A stretch of DNA of 64,000 nucleotides from Podarcis gaigeae (Eukaryota). The notes under the pieces are model-generated. The model saw only the letters and a list, made by a program, of their open reading frames with translations. It ran no database searches and was not told the DNA's origin. Shown piece after piece: positions 13,301-25,890 of the stretch. The stretch lies in NCBI GenBank assembly GCA_964106915.2, contig OZ066929.1. The stretch is one strand, 5' to 3'. The position numbers and the translations under genes were made by a program. Numbering within the stretch: position 1 is the stretch's first letter; the number at the start of each line of letters is the position of its first letter.

Positions 13301-16300
13301 TTGTCTCCTGGTTGCCTTGCTGAGATTTAAACAGCTGCATTGCACAGCTCCCCATGCACACCCTTTGGGTCCAGAGAGTGCTGATCTCAGCTGCTAGTGT
13401 GAGTAAGGCAAGCCCCTCTGCCCCAACCCAAGTCCCCTCCTCTCCTACTAAAGACATCTTGGTTGCTCGTACTTGAGGAAAATATTGGAGTGATTGAGCA
13501 AGCTTTCTAGGGTAGCTAGACGGTCTGGCCACTTCCTTCTCTCCTCCACACGGAAGAAAAGGCTCCGACACAGCTTCTTCAGTTCAGAGAGCCTCTCTTT
13601 CAGCTCCTGTGAATTGGAATAGAAGTTAAAAAGCTAAAATTCTGCCTTGGACACATATATCATCTTGCAAAGATGGTCTGGAAATTCAGGAAGAAGGGGT
13701 TAAACATCCACAAACTGAGCCTGCCTGGAGACACACTAGAACTCCGCCCTGGAGGCTCCACAGTGACAGCTAAGCTATTATACAGGCATCCAGTTCCCAG
13801 GGAGTTCAAACCCCCGTCCCAAAGTTAAGAGGGCACACAAGCCAAATGTGACACTTGTAGGTTGGTCAGACATGCAGACCACGGGAATCCCACACAATGA
13901 TTGCAGCTATGAATGACAAAGTACTTTGCCATTGCCCAGAAGGCAGTGCAGTCAAGGAAGCTCAAAGTTGTTCTCATCAACCATAGCAAGTCACATTCTT
14001 CTGTTTCTCCGATTCTGACAAAACGTACTGGCTAAAATTTCCAAAAAGCTTTTGGCGAGGGAAAGACACTTCTGTAGTCCAGATAACCCACATGAAACAC
14101 ACTCTGAGAATCTTCAAACTCTAGCCTAACAATACAGAGAAGTTTCCCCTGAAAAAGATATTGGCAGTTCAATGTGGTGCCCCAACCTTAGTTGTGGCTG
14201 TATAGCCTTCCTCTTCCATCCAGTTGGAAGCTTCGCTCAGCTTCTTGGAAATTTCCTCTCGCTCGTCTTCTGTTGAAACAAACTTATACTCCTCCTGTTG
14301 TAGCTTATCCTGGTAAAAGAGACACACACACACACACAAAATCAATCTCTCTGAAGTTCTTGTCACTTATGGGAACATTCACCAAACAGGAGCCAAAACA
14401 ATTTCTTTGTTTGACAGAAATTTAGCTAAAGGCGACACGGCAGCCTCCCTGACCTATTCCAAATTTTCTTACAGCTCAAGTTGCAATAGTGCTGAAACTT
14501 TACACAAAAGACAAGATACACATAAGTTAAACGGCAGCAGAGAAATAATTTTATGGGAGTGGGATCATCGGCAACAAGATGAACCCGCTAAATGCCCTCT
14601 GATCCTTTTTCCCGGGACCTACCTGAGTCTCAAAGATGAAGGCCTCAAGGCCATTGGCTGACTTTTCCCTCTCATGCTTTGCTATGTCTCTTTCAGTCAA
14701 TTCTTGCAACCTGATGTTAGAAAAAGGTGGGAAGAACAAGGTACGCAAGGTCACAACCTTCTCTTAATGGGAGAAGACAAAAAAACATCCCCATGCACTG
14801 ACTGCAAGCAGTCTCATCCCAGCTAACAGCTAGGGGGCAGAGGCAGCCCTGAAGATCCACGTACTTCTTAATGGAGTCCTGCAGTTCTTCTGGCAGCAAC
14901 TCTGGCACATCATTCACATCCAGCTCTACTGCAATCTCTTCCACCAGCTTTTGTTTCTTTGGCGGCTTCAGCTTTTTCTCCTCCTCCTCAGCTGCTTTGG
15001 CACCATTGCCCTCGGGGCTCTTTGTAGGCTCCTCATCCTTCCCAGTATCTGTCTTTTCTTGGGCTTCCTAGATGGGAGCAATTCCAAGACTAACAGGGGG
15101 CTGTTTTCAGCCACCAGCTAGAGCCAACATTTGACAGGCTTGCTTTAATTTTAAATTTAAGTTGGGCCGGCCCTGCCATTAGGTAGAGAGGCAACTACCT
15201 CAAGTGCTAACTTCTGGGAACAGCCACCTACCAACCCCATTCCTTCCGAGTTCCCTGGCCATATCTTTCTGTTGTAAGATCTGTACCTGCTTAACTACTC
15301 TTGCCCTCAGGGTTGGTGGAGGGCATTATTCCACTGGCAACGATGAAATAAAAAATTCAACTGCTGGTCCAGTCAGAGTTTGTATGTACAATTTGTTGTT
15401 GGTGGAAATTTGTTGCTTCAGGTAGCAAAAGGTTTTGTAATGGCCCTGGATTCAGCCATGCTTGGAACCATGTAGATGTCAAGTTTTTAGGAGAATTCTC
15501 ACACAACCCCATAGGCATCAGACCTTAAAAGGAAGTTTCCCACCCTCTCCAATAAGTAGACAACCATGGTTCAGGGGATTTGAAGCATGAAAAAGTACTG
15601 TTCCCCACAATAACTTCACCCCTACGGACGCCTTCTCATTTGTCTTCTGTTGGATAAAAAAGGGGGGGGGGGAGGCTCTTCAGTGACCCTCCTCACTGCT
15701 TGCTCACCTGGGAGTCTGATTTCTCTCTTCCTTCCTCTTGTTGGTCCTCAGCTGAAGCATCTTCAGCAGCTTTTTCCTGAGATGGGGATGGCGTTGGCTG
15801 CTTTTCTTCCTCCTCACTAGCAGCCCCATTGTCATCCTTCTGGTCCTCCTTACCTGCTTCCGCTTGGCTCTCCTCTTCCTCCTGGGCAACAGAGGGGAAA
15901 TTCCCAAGGGTGTTATAAGAATCTTGCGCAGCCAGGCTTCTTCAGCCAAGACAGGTGTGACTCTGAAGGGACCCAGCAGGTCCAGCTACAAGCTCTGCCG
16001 CGACAGTCACTTGTCATGGATTCCTTCTGACTCTTAAGTATTTATTATGGTTTTAGCCAAGAACACAGTGCCAATGAACAGTGCCAATATCTTTTTTTCA
16101 TATTTGTAGCCCTTTTCAAGTCCCTGATGACATTTGCATTAGGCTCAAATCCTGCATCTTGCTGGCAGGCTCTCCACAGAACAGAGCTCACCTGAACAGT
16201 CTCAGTCAAGTTTTCAGATGCTTCTGGAACAGGGCTCCCTCCTCCAAAGAGACTAGAGATGGTGTTCCCAAGCTCTGCTCGAAAGAAGAAACATATTTAA

Positions 16301-19300
16301 GAAAGGTTTGGGTTCTACACACAGAAAACCCAGCTCCTGTCTGCCACCTGACCCATCCCCTCCTAAGGGACAGATCTTTGTCTCTGCTTAGTGAATGCCT
16401 TCATAATCTATGTGGTAGCTTCTCAATCTTGGGGTGGGTGTTCGCTGGCAAAACAGCACAGGCCACCTCTGCCCCTACAGCTGTAAAAACTACAATACCC
16501 TCAACGAATGTGAAACCTCCATGTCTCCGAGTGCCAACAGTGCCCTGGTGTGTACACTGCCTTGTTTCTCCAGCATACCTGATTACTAAAGGTAGCCAAG
16601 AACAGAGAGGCCCCACCCCAAGGAACCAGTCCCTGCAACTGCAGCTTGCTTGGTTGTAAAGCTGAGGGGCAAAGAGTTGGAAAGGTCTCATTTCCGACCA
16701 CTCAAAGTGATGCTGAAAACTGGGAAGGGGCAGATTAAGTCAAACTGCCTACATGGTACGAGAAGAGCTGTTGCTGCAACCCAACCAACTCACTTGTTAG
16801 CGTGGATTCCTCCTCTGGCTTGTCCTCCACCAGAGTCTCAAACACAGATTCTACCTGGGAGACAACACACGGAGCAGAATGAGATTGGAAGGCCCAGCAA
16901 GTGAGCGGGAGATGAAGAGCATTGAAGCGGTACTTACACGATCAAGGCTCAGCACACCACTCTCGTCCATGTTGAAATGAGCCTTGATGCCTTTGGACTC
17001 GTAATCCAAATGTTTCTTGAAGCTCTCGCCCACTCCTTGCAGCTTCACCCTTGTGAGGTTCAAGGACCCAAAAGCTCTGCAGAAACCACACAAGGACACA
17101 CATTGGGATGGGTGAGCACAGCGGCTGGCCACCCCTCCTTTCTGTTCCCATTCTCTAGCTCTACCACAGAAATCACAAAACCTTGTAGAAACACCAAAGG
17201 GCAGTAATGTAGATATTTTATTTCCTGGATACTCAGCTGCAAGGGTACAAGTTCAAACAGCCGAGAACAAATTTGAGTTCCCAAAGCCATAGCCACTGAC
17301 ATAAAGCTGAGTTCGGGCAGAATCATAAACTCTGAGGACATGAGTCAAGTTAAGCCTTTTTTAAAAAAATGATTTTATTAGGACTTTTCAAAATACTATA
17401 GAAGACCAGACCAAAGCAGAAACAAAACAAAGAAAATAAGAGGGAAATAATATTTAGGGAAATAACAGAATAGAAAGATAAAGAAAAAGATAACAAATAT
17501 AAGTAGAAGGGACTTCCAGCTACCACATACAAGAGTTCCTCAAAACAATCAAATGTCCAATAAAGAGTAATATCCAGCTATTCCTCCCTCTGTCATGTTT
17601 TGTTTTTATTCCTTATGCAACCCCATCAGTTCTTCGCTCCTTAGACCAAACTCCCGGGCAGCTGTAACTACCATAACAAAAGGGAAAAGGAAAGCAAGAG
17701 CCAGCATGCTCTGTTTTTTGTGGTTGACCCACAACTGCACTCACTTCAAGTCACTGTCACCCAGGAAGCCCATATCTGCGTAGTTGACATGGAACTCAAA
17801 GTCATCTGTGTATCGGTTGAAGGTGATGACCTTCCGTTGGGGATACGGAGCCATGCGCTGGAACAGGATCCGCCGGTTGTGCTTAAGGCTTTTGGATTTA
17901 TCCTCCTCTTCTACCTCACGGGTGAACTCAACCTAAGGTTAGGAGAGGATAAAGAACAGACTGTACCTCTTCCAGATTCTACCACACGGGAGAGCCAATT
18001 GCATGCCAACATTAAGCGACAAAGATCAGCACTTTTCTTGGGCTGCTTGAGACAGAATGCCGAGACAGGCTTTTTACCAACCCTCTCCCTGAAATCCACA
18101 GCACTCTGATACTTGATAATGAACCACAGCTCACCTGGATGGGGAAAACAGCTGCATCACGGACAATGAAAGGCTTCACCTTAAAGGCTTTGCTCAAGGC
18201 AGCTGCTTGGTAGACAGCGCCCATTGCAGCTGCTTCATCTGCATTGATGTTCTTGCCCAGCTCATCCCTGTGTTGTCAACAGAAGAATGATTAGGTGCTA
18301 TCCTGCTCTGGACAGAGAACATTTTGAGGGGTGGGAGGCAGAAAGTACCACCAAAACTGGGCTGATGCTTACTTGCCAACTGCCTTTAGCAGATATTCCT
18401 GTACCTTTGGGACGCGAGTGGCACCACCGACAAGGATCACCTGGTCAATTTCATTCTGGGAATTGGGGAAAGATAACAGGGTCTGACTCTCTCGAGCTTG
18501 AACTCTGTTACATTTTCTGAATCTACGAGTTCTGGTTGCACAGATGTAGGTAGCCTGGAAGGAGCAGTAACTGCTTCCCACAATGGCCTACGCTGTGGAA
18601 TTCACGTTGTTTGGTGAAAACTAGAGACCTTGTAACAAAACCATCCGCACTTACCAAACCGATCTCAGCACTGCTGACCGCCTGCTGCACAGGTCCTGCA
18701 ACCCGCTGGAACAAATCAGAGCACAGCTCCTCCAATTCCTGCCGTGAAACTTTGGCCTTGAAGTCAATATCATCCAGCAAGCCCTCGATCTAGGGAGAGA
18801 AACCAAGAGCATCTTATCTCACAGACACATACAGCACTTCCTCTCCGAAGCCAGCACACTGCTTCTACTGTGCCTTCAAAACAGGATAAGACCTTAATGA
18901 AATGTAGAAGCTTTTCATCTACATGTAAGCAGATAGCTGCTTACAATTGACTATAGCAGACTACGAAAGTTAGGCATTTTCCATGCACCCAGGCCACGCC
19001 AAATGATACACACACAACCTACCTGGGCCACATGGTCAGCATTGGCACTTAGTACTGTTTTCACGCGATTGGCTTCCTTTAGTAGCTTGGCCATGGCCCG
19101 GAGATTTTTCCGGACATCCTTTGATGGATTTTGCTGATTGAAGAGTTTGGCCAGATGGTCACGGAGGCGCAGCTCCATCTCCAGCCCTCCCAGTGTGCGA
19201 TCAAATCTGGGGAGGAGGACGAGGTATGCAGTGGAAGCAGCTACTCAAGCCAGCAGCCCCTTTGCGATGAAGCCCAGCAACTACCTCTCCAGCTACCACT

Positions 19301-22300
19301 CCTCTCAACAAGCTTGATATCTCTCTATTCCCTCCCACCCCAAAACCAGCATTTTGGTTTTCTAAACATCCTTCCACAAGTGCCCTGCAGCAAGATCAGA
19401 CCACATGTCCATCCAAATCCAGCATCCCAATCTTACAGTGGCTTATGGGTAACCGTCAAATAGGAAACAAATGCAATAGCACTTTCCACATTTGCAATTC
19501 CCAGGAAATCACTTTAAAAAGAAGGGTGGGGGAAAGAGGCATGTTGACTCCAGCTAGGACCTAGCCAACATGATCCATTATGCATTTGTTTTATTCTGCT
19601 TTGTGCAATATGCGTCCCAGTTTGGACCTTTCTACTTCAGATATCCTGCTCTCTCCTGACTCCCTAGCAAATTTAATTTCAAGAATCAAGCTCTTACCCA
19701 ACACCCCGAATCTGAAGCTGAGGCTGGGTTCCCGAGTCCTTGGTTTTCACTGCTTGGTAAGTCACGATGGTACACACAGTGCTGCCTGCTCCCATGTCAT
19801 AAAACATAATATTCTGGAAATCAATAAAGAACCAATGCTAAAGACAGCAGGCAACAGCAGGCACGGAGGTATCACAGTCTGAAGGATGGTACATGAATGT
19901 CTGTGGGAACTCAGATCAGCCATCTCCAAGCTTAAAAATATATACAAGAGTATGAAGTTGCCAGAGTGGCTGGGGCAACCCAGTTAGATGGGTGGGATAT
20001 ATAATAATAATAATAAGAAGAAGAAGAAGTCAGACTGTTTGTTCATCTGGTCCAGAGGTGGGTCAGCCCTCCAGCCTGCAGACCTAATTAGACCTAACAT
20101 GGGTCCAAATTTGGCCCATGAGGCTATTTTCTGCCAAGTATGCCCACCAGCCCCACACCAGATGTCATGTGTGATGTCAGGTGGGAGACAGGTAAAGATG
20201 CAGCTGACAAGATGCTATATATACTGGGAGTCCTGAAGAATGCTCCAGATTGTGCATTGGCAAGGGAGGCTTCCTGTCCACGGCAATCAACTGACAGACA
20301 AAGCAGGCATGTGGAACTCTTAACAGGCCTCAAGTCTCGACCTATGGTCTTGGTGACTCCAAGCCCAGTGGTTCAGATGTGCAACCAAGTTCTCCAGAGG
20401 AAACTCAAGCCACAGAGCCAATCCCTGCAGAAAGCAGGTTTGGAGTCACTGCCTATTGGCCAATAGGTACTAACTTGAAACTTGGCTTGGCTTTGGTAAC
20501 GCAGCTTGCCTTGCTACAAAGGATAAGTTGGTCACTAGATTTCATAGTAATATCAGATGACTGACAGGTGAGTGGGCCCTGCTCGCTTGTGTATGTGGCT
20601 AGCTGGAATTAGGGGAATGCAGAATCTGTACATAAAAGTTTGGATTCAAACAGGCAACTCTCACTGACCAAGAAGACTGCCCTGCTCAAATTCCCTGTGT
20701 TTTCTAGGTAAGGTTACAGAGGCACAATGAGCTTGAGCCCTGGGTAAAAACCTCCCCCCTCCCGAGCCACACACACCCTCCAATTACAAGCACCTGGGCT
20801 GTAGCATTGATGTCCTTCCTTCGGAACACCCCATAGTTCAAAGCCACAGCTGTGTTATCGTTGATGAGCTGCAAAACCTTGAGATCTGCCATTTTTGCTG
20901 CATGCAGGACCGCTCTCCTCTCTGCCTGGTTGAAGTAGGCAGGGACAGTGATCACGGCATCCTTGACAGGCTGTTCTGTAAGATAAGGAGGAGGTATGGT
21001 GTGAGCTCCTGGTTCAGGTGCCTCTTCATTTTTATTCATATGCTTGCTGACCCAAGAAGGAAAGACACCTCTTGTGCCTCAAACACTCAAGAGTCATTTC
21101 TAACCTGCAAATTCCTCTGCCAGCGCCCGAGAATAGTTGAGCACCATGCCTAGGATCTCTTCTGGAGTATAGTGCAATTTGCTGCAAGGAAGAACAAGAA
21201 TGATAAATTCTAAACTCCTGATCCCAGCTGTGAAATGCATCTTTTGAGCATGGGTGGGCCTCATCACTTCCACAAACCACTTGCCCATTATCAGGGCACA
21301 TACCAAATACAAGCTGACCATGGCATTGGGCCAACCAAATCTATGCAGCAGTACTCCCAAAGTGGCTTGCAGAGAGATGCCACAGCCTTTCTTGCTCAGC
21401 AGTGCCACGTGGCAAACCTCAAAGTGGAAACGTACTCTGACAGCTTGAAACTGACTGTCTCCCTCCTTGCATCTTTCACCAGCTCATGTTCTGGGAACCG
21501 TGACTGGTACATGGTCACTTGTGGGTTATCAATGCGCTTGCCCAGGAGATCCTGGAAATACCGGAAAGCCACTTTTGGGTTCTTGATGCCCTATTAAAAA
21601 AACAGGAAAAACACACAACCATGCTGATTCTTCTGGAATGTTCACCTATCCCCCATAAATTTCTTTTTAAAAGGCATACACGCCAGAAACCCTCAACAAC
21701 TGAACTACTGAAAATACCCAAAGTGGCATTTAGGATCCTCCGTTTCCAAAACCAAAAAAGTCACTGCATGCCAGCACTGGAAAAGTCCTTATCTGGAACC
21801 TGAGCTAAACTGCCAAAGAGGACCTGTAGTACTGTCTCTTCAACAAATCTCAGTGGGGAGGAACATGTTATTGAAGCTGAAAGTGTAAAGAGGAAGGTGC
21901 AGCAGAGACAGGACCCCAGAAGAACAAGCTGTGTATGCAAATAAATACTCTTGGTATAGAAAAAGCAGAGGGGATGTGTGAGTGGACATCTAAGGGACTT
22001 ACCATTCCCACGGCATTGTCACCAAAGAGGCGCTCATTCTCCTTTAGAGTTACAGCCACTGGTGTTTTTCTCCGAGATTCCCTAGAACAACAAGAAAAAT
22101 TAAACTAGAACTGTTTCCTGGGGAGATAGGAAGTTGTCTAATAACCAGGCTAGGCTATTTATTCATCCAGCTGAAGCAATATTTCTGACTCAGGTCTGCA
22201 GTGGTTCTCCAGGGCCTCAGACCGAAGCACACTGTTCCTGTCGTCTGGTACCTAATAAATTTAAGGAGATGCCTGGGATTCAATACGCAACCTGCTACAA

Positions 22301-25055
22301 ACAAAGCAGGTGCCCTGTCACTGCACAATGGCCCTGCCCCAGAAATTCATGGGGTCTAACTTCTGGGTTCCTTGGAGAAATGCAGAACTGGTTTTCAATG
22401 CCAGGATTCAGCACTGGAACAAGTGAAGAGAAACACATTGGAGTCTCTTCTAAATAACCACATCTGAGATTAGTGAACAATAAGTAAGGGCAAAAGAAAG
22501 TTACACCTATGGGAAGCTGCCCCATATTTTCTGTACTGCACCACTAAGACATGGATTTATTCCTGCACTGTAAGTGGTTGGACTGGTTGAACCTTGGGGC
22601 ACCTTTACAATTCTATGATGTGTCAAGCCCTCCAAAACAGTTGTTGCCACAGTCACATTCATTGCAGCACATATTTAGCCCACTCACTTGTTTAAGACAA
22701 TTTCCATTGGCACCCCAGGCTTCACAATGGCGATCTTCATAGATTCACTACCCATGTCCACTGACATCACAGCCAATGAATCTGTGGAACAAAAGTATTG
22801 TGTCAAATGTACTTTCTTCCAGTAAGAACCTTAGACAATACCCTCCAGCCTCCTTCTAATTTCTAATGCTTAGCTGAATTGATAAGAAACAAAAAGCCAG
22901 TCTAAACACAGATGCGTTACAGCACACCCGGAGGACTCCACCAGAATAAAGTTTCACAGTACTGTATCATCCAGAGCATCTCATTTGTAGGGAAACATCT
23001 CAAAATATCTCTTTATCGCTAAGAATTTTTAAGCATCCTTCAACCATATTCCTAGGGAGGTTTATAGGAAGTAAATACAAAAAACAAACACACAATCAAA
23101 ATGTAAATAAAATTATAAAGCTAAAAGGTACAAAGTAGTAGAATTAAAACTATGTCTACATGGAAATTAGGAGGCATCTTTCCTGTTACTAAAAGAAAAA
23201 TAAACTAGATTCCAAAGACCCACCCAGAAGGCCTTCTCTCTGGTAGCTACTTGCTTCACCACAGATATGGGGGCACCTACAAGAGACCCTCCAATGAATA
23301 TATCAATTTATGGAATTAATGAGTCCTATGAAAGCACTCAGTCCTTTAAATAGGCCAGCTTAAGACATGAAGGGTTTTGAAGGTGAAAAACAGCACTTGA
23401 ACTGGACCTGAAAATGGACTGCGAGCCACTGTGGTTGGTATCACAGAGGCGTAATACAATAAATAATGCCCAGTCGAACATAGCTAGCAGTATGAATGGC
23501 GGTTTCCAAACAGACTTCAAGGCAGTCAATATGTGCCTTATGGACATGCGGCACTGACAGCTTAGCCAAGGGAGGCCCTGAACTGGTTTAAAGGGCACCT
23601 CGCCTCTAAGACACATTGGGCCCAAACCACTCAAACACCATCTAGGCTGAATTGTGAATCCTGCAATAGAAGGCTACCTGGAGGTGCAGACAATGGCACA
23701 TAAGTCGCTAGCATGTTCCTGATAACTCAACAGCCTGCCCCATTCTGTACCAGCTGATACGTATGAAATCTCTAAGGATAGTGCCCCCCCCATGCCAAAT
23801 ATTTAGTAGCCTAGCCTAGAGGTTACAAATGGCAGATAAATATCTGGAGTCAAAATCTAGGGAAAAAATGGTTATAACATTCTCAATTTTATTTTGAAAA
23901 ATGGCTCTCTATTTACTTTAAAGTTAGTTTTGGTAAACACAAGTTATGGCATAGGTCTGAATAAAAAAACCACCTCTGCTGGATGCCTACAAAAACAAGG
24001 AGCTTTATTCTTGCCAATGGACCCCATATCAATAACAATAAATGTAATATCCAGGGCCCCAAAAAGCTCCCTGCAATTATAGCAATACCTGCCATAATCA
24101 ACACCTCTCCTAATATGGTTTCTGGACCTAAAATGGGCTATCATTTACATCACTCAAAGTGCCTCTTTTCAAGAACTAAACTGGTAAAAAAAAGATATGC
24201 AAGAATGTACAGCTGTGGTCCCTCTTTCTTTATGCAACACATTTTGCAAGGCTTAAATGTTGACACACATTTTCTAGAGGAGGTGGCAAATGAAACATGC
24301 CACCACCAAATAAATAAATAAATAAATAAATAAATAAATGTAGTGCAGCATCAGCAGCATCCTTTAGAAAAGTTGTCTCCATCAGGTCCCACGGCCAGTT
24401 TCCGCATTCCAGTAGTTCATAATGAGTCCAACACCAGCTAAAATGGAAATGCTTTCACTCTCAGGGACATGACAGACTGTCACCTAAGGGCTACCTCAAG
24501 GTGTTCACAGAACACTCGGCCCTTCCTGCTGGTCAGTTTCGTCCCGCCCACCTACAAGATACACGTTAGCTTTTCAGACATCACTAGGTGAATAGCTCAG
24601 TCTTTGTGGGTTCGAGCACCATGTTGGGCAAGAGATTCCTGCATTGCAGGTGGTTGGGCTTTATCAGGGTTCCCCAAATTTGGGTCTCCAGCTGTCTTTG
24701 GACTACAATTCCCACCATCCCTGACCACTGGTCCTAAAGGATAGGGATGATGGGAGTTGGAAGTCCAAGATCAGCTGGAGATCCAAGTTTGGGAAACCCT
24801 GGACTAGATGATCCTAGTGCTTTCTTCCAACTCCACCATTCTATGATTCTGAGACGAGCCGGATCAAACCATGCGATGAAAGGGCTCGCTCCTGCCCAAC
24901 TCCGCTTAGCAAGCCTGATTCTTCGGCAACTTGCAAAACCACCAAGATCTTTCCCAGGTCCTTCCATGGGGGCGGGAGGGGCACCTACCCAAGTGCGCAG
25001 GCAGGGAAGCCAGCAGGAGGAGGGGCAGCAGCGGCCACACGCGTGCTGGAGCCAT
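10342..25055 (-). CDS. HYOU1: Hypoxia up-regulated protein 1 (GRP170/ORP150), ER Hsp70-family nucleotide exchange factor, 992 aa
   Basis: 24 coding exons, all GT-AG and in frame: 25055-24989, 22781-22688, 22081-22003, 21590-21436, 21181-21105, 20975-20794, 19813-19698, 19206-19023, 18789-18655, 18455-18373, 18267-18135, 17932-17745, 17076-16938, 16854-16794, 16274-16192, 15881-15708, 15067-14865, 14710-14623, 14309-14187, 13606-13473, 12499-12415, 12001-11752, 11489-11406, 10403-10342 (total 2979 nt). Signal peptide [22 protein letters not shown]; Hsp70 motifs [14 protein letters not shown] and [14 protein letters not shown]; C-terminal NDEL. Confidence 0.97.
24665..24801. mobile_element. hAT-like palindromic MITE inserted in a tRNA-derived SINE with CR1-type tail (about 24585-24852)
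   Basis: TIRs CAGGGTTCCCCAAATTTGG / CCAAGTTTGGGAAACCCTG with an internal ACTACAATTCCC...GGGAGTTG palindrome. The host element has an AGCTCAG...GGTTCGAGC head and an ATTCTATGATTCT tail. Confidence 0.65.
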
Positions 25056-25429
25056 CCTGACGATCGAGGGCCGCCAAACCCCGATGTGGAAACAAAGGCG
25101 AGGCGGCGAGGGCACTTTCCTCCGACAGACCCGGAACGGCGGCGAGGCCCGGCGCCAAGGTTCACCTGGAGACCCAGAGGTTCCCCCACCCCCACGCGGA
25201 AGAGGCCGACCCCCGGGCGCCTCTAAGGGGGACGCCGCTGTCTTCGGCCCGGCACGCCAACCGCTCCCTCCGGGGGTTCCCTGCCCGCTCGCTCTCGGCT
25301 CGGACTCCGCGGACTCTCTGCCTCCCGCTCCGGCTACCCCTCTCTCTCTCTCCCCTCGGCCGGCCGGTCTCCCGGACTCCCTGCCTTGCGAAAGCTGCGC
25401 TCCGCCCTCCTTCCCTCCCCGGAGCCGGA

Positions 25430-25486
25430 CGCGGCGCGAGCTCATTGGCCCGGCGGCTCCCCTCGCGCGCTCCCCATTGGGCCACG
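25430..25486. promoter_or_regulatory. HYOU1 ER-stress elements: ERSE-like and ERSE-II
   Basis: Minus strand 25448-25430 reads CCAAT-gagctcgcg-CCGCG (ERSE consensus CCAAT-N9-CCACG, one mismatch). Plus strand 25476-25486 reads ATTGG-G-CCACG (exact ERSE-II consensus). A third CCAAT box lies at 25517-25521. Confidence 0.85.
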
Positions 25487-25747
25487 TCTCGGCCGCCGGG
25501 CGCAGCGGCCGCGGTCATTGGCCGAGGGGCGGGGCTTCCTAGCATGGCGGTGGCAGCGACGGGCCTGGCCGGAGAGCTCCTGAGCACGTGCAGATTGCGC
25601 GCTCTCCTTTGGCCACCCCAGCACCTCTCTGATCTGTGCCGACCCGCCAGTCAGTCACAGTCACCCGCCTGCCGCCTCAGCGTGGATGCCTGCAATACCG
25701 CCGCGTAGAAACAAGGGGGCAGCGGCGCAAGGGGTGCGGGTCTCCTC

Positions 25748-25890
25748 TGCGCTTGCGCACTAGGGCGGGGGTTTAGAGACCAGGCGAACTACAAATCCCA
25801 GCAGCCTCAGCGCTAAGAGGAGAGCAACGCGGAAGCGGCATGGTCACATGACTCTCCTCCGGAGTTGGGCCTACCTGTCAAGATGGCGGC
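25748..25890 (+). promoter_or_regulatory. VPS11 proximal promoter motifs (NRF1, GC box, ZNF143, ETS, CLEAR/M-box, YY1)
   Basis: TGCGCTTGCGCA 25748-59; GGGCGGGG about 25763-70; ACTACAAATCCCAGCAGCC 25788-806; CGGAAG about 25830; GTCACATGAC 25843-52; CAAGATGGCGGC 25879-90 spanning the ATG. Confidence 0.7.

Noticed and set aside
24734-25708. Long Pro/Arg/Gly-rich ORFs (up to 203 aa) on both strands
   Set aside because: Products of the GC-rich promoter; only 25055-24989 (HYOU1 signal peptide exon) is supported.
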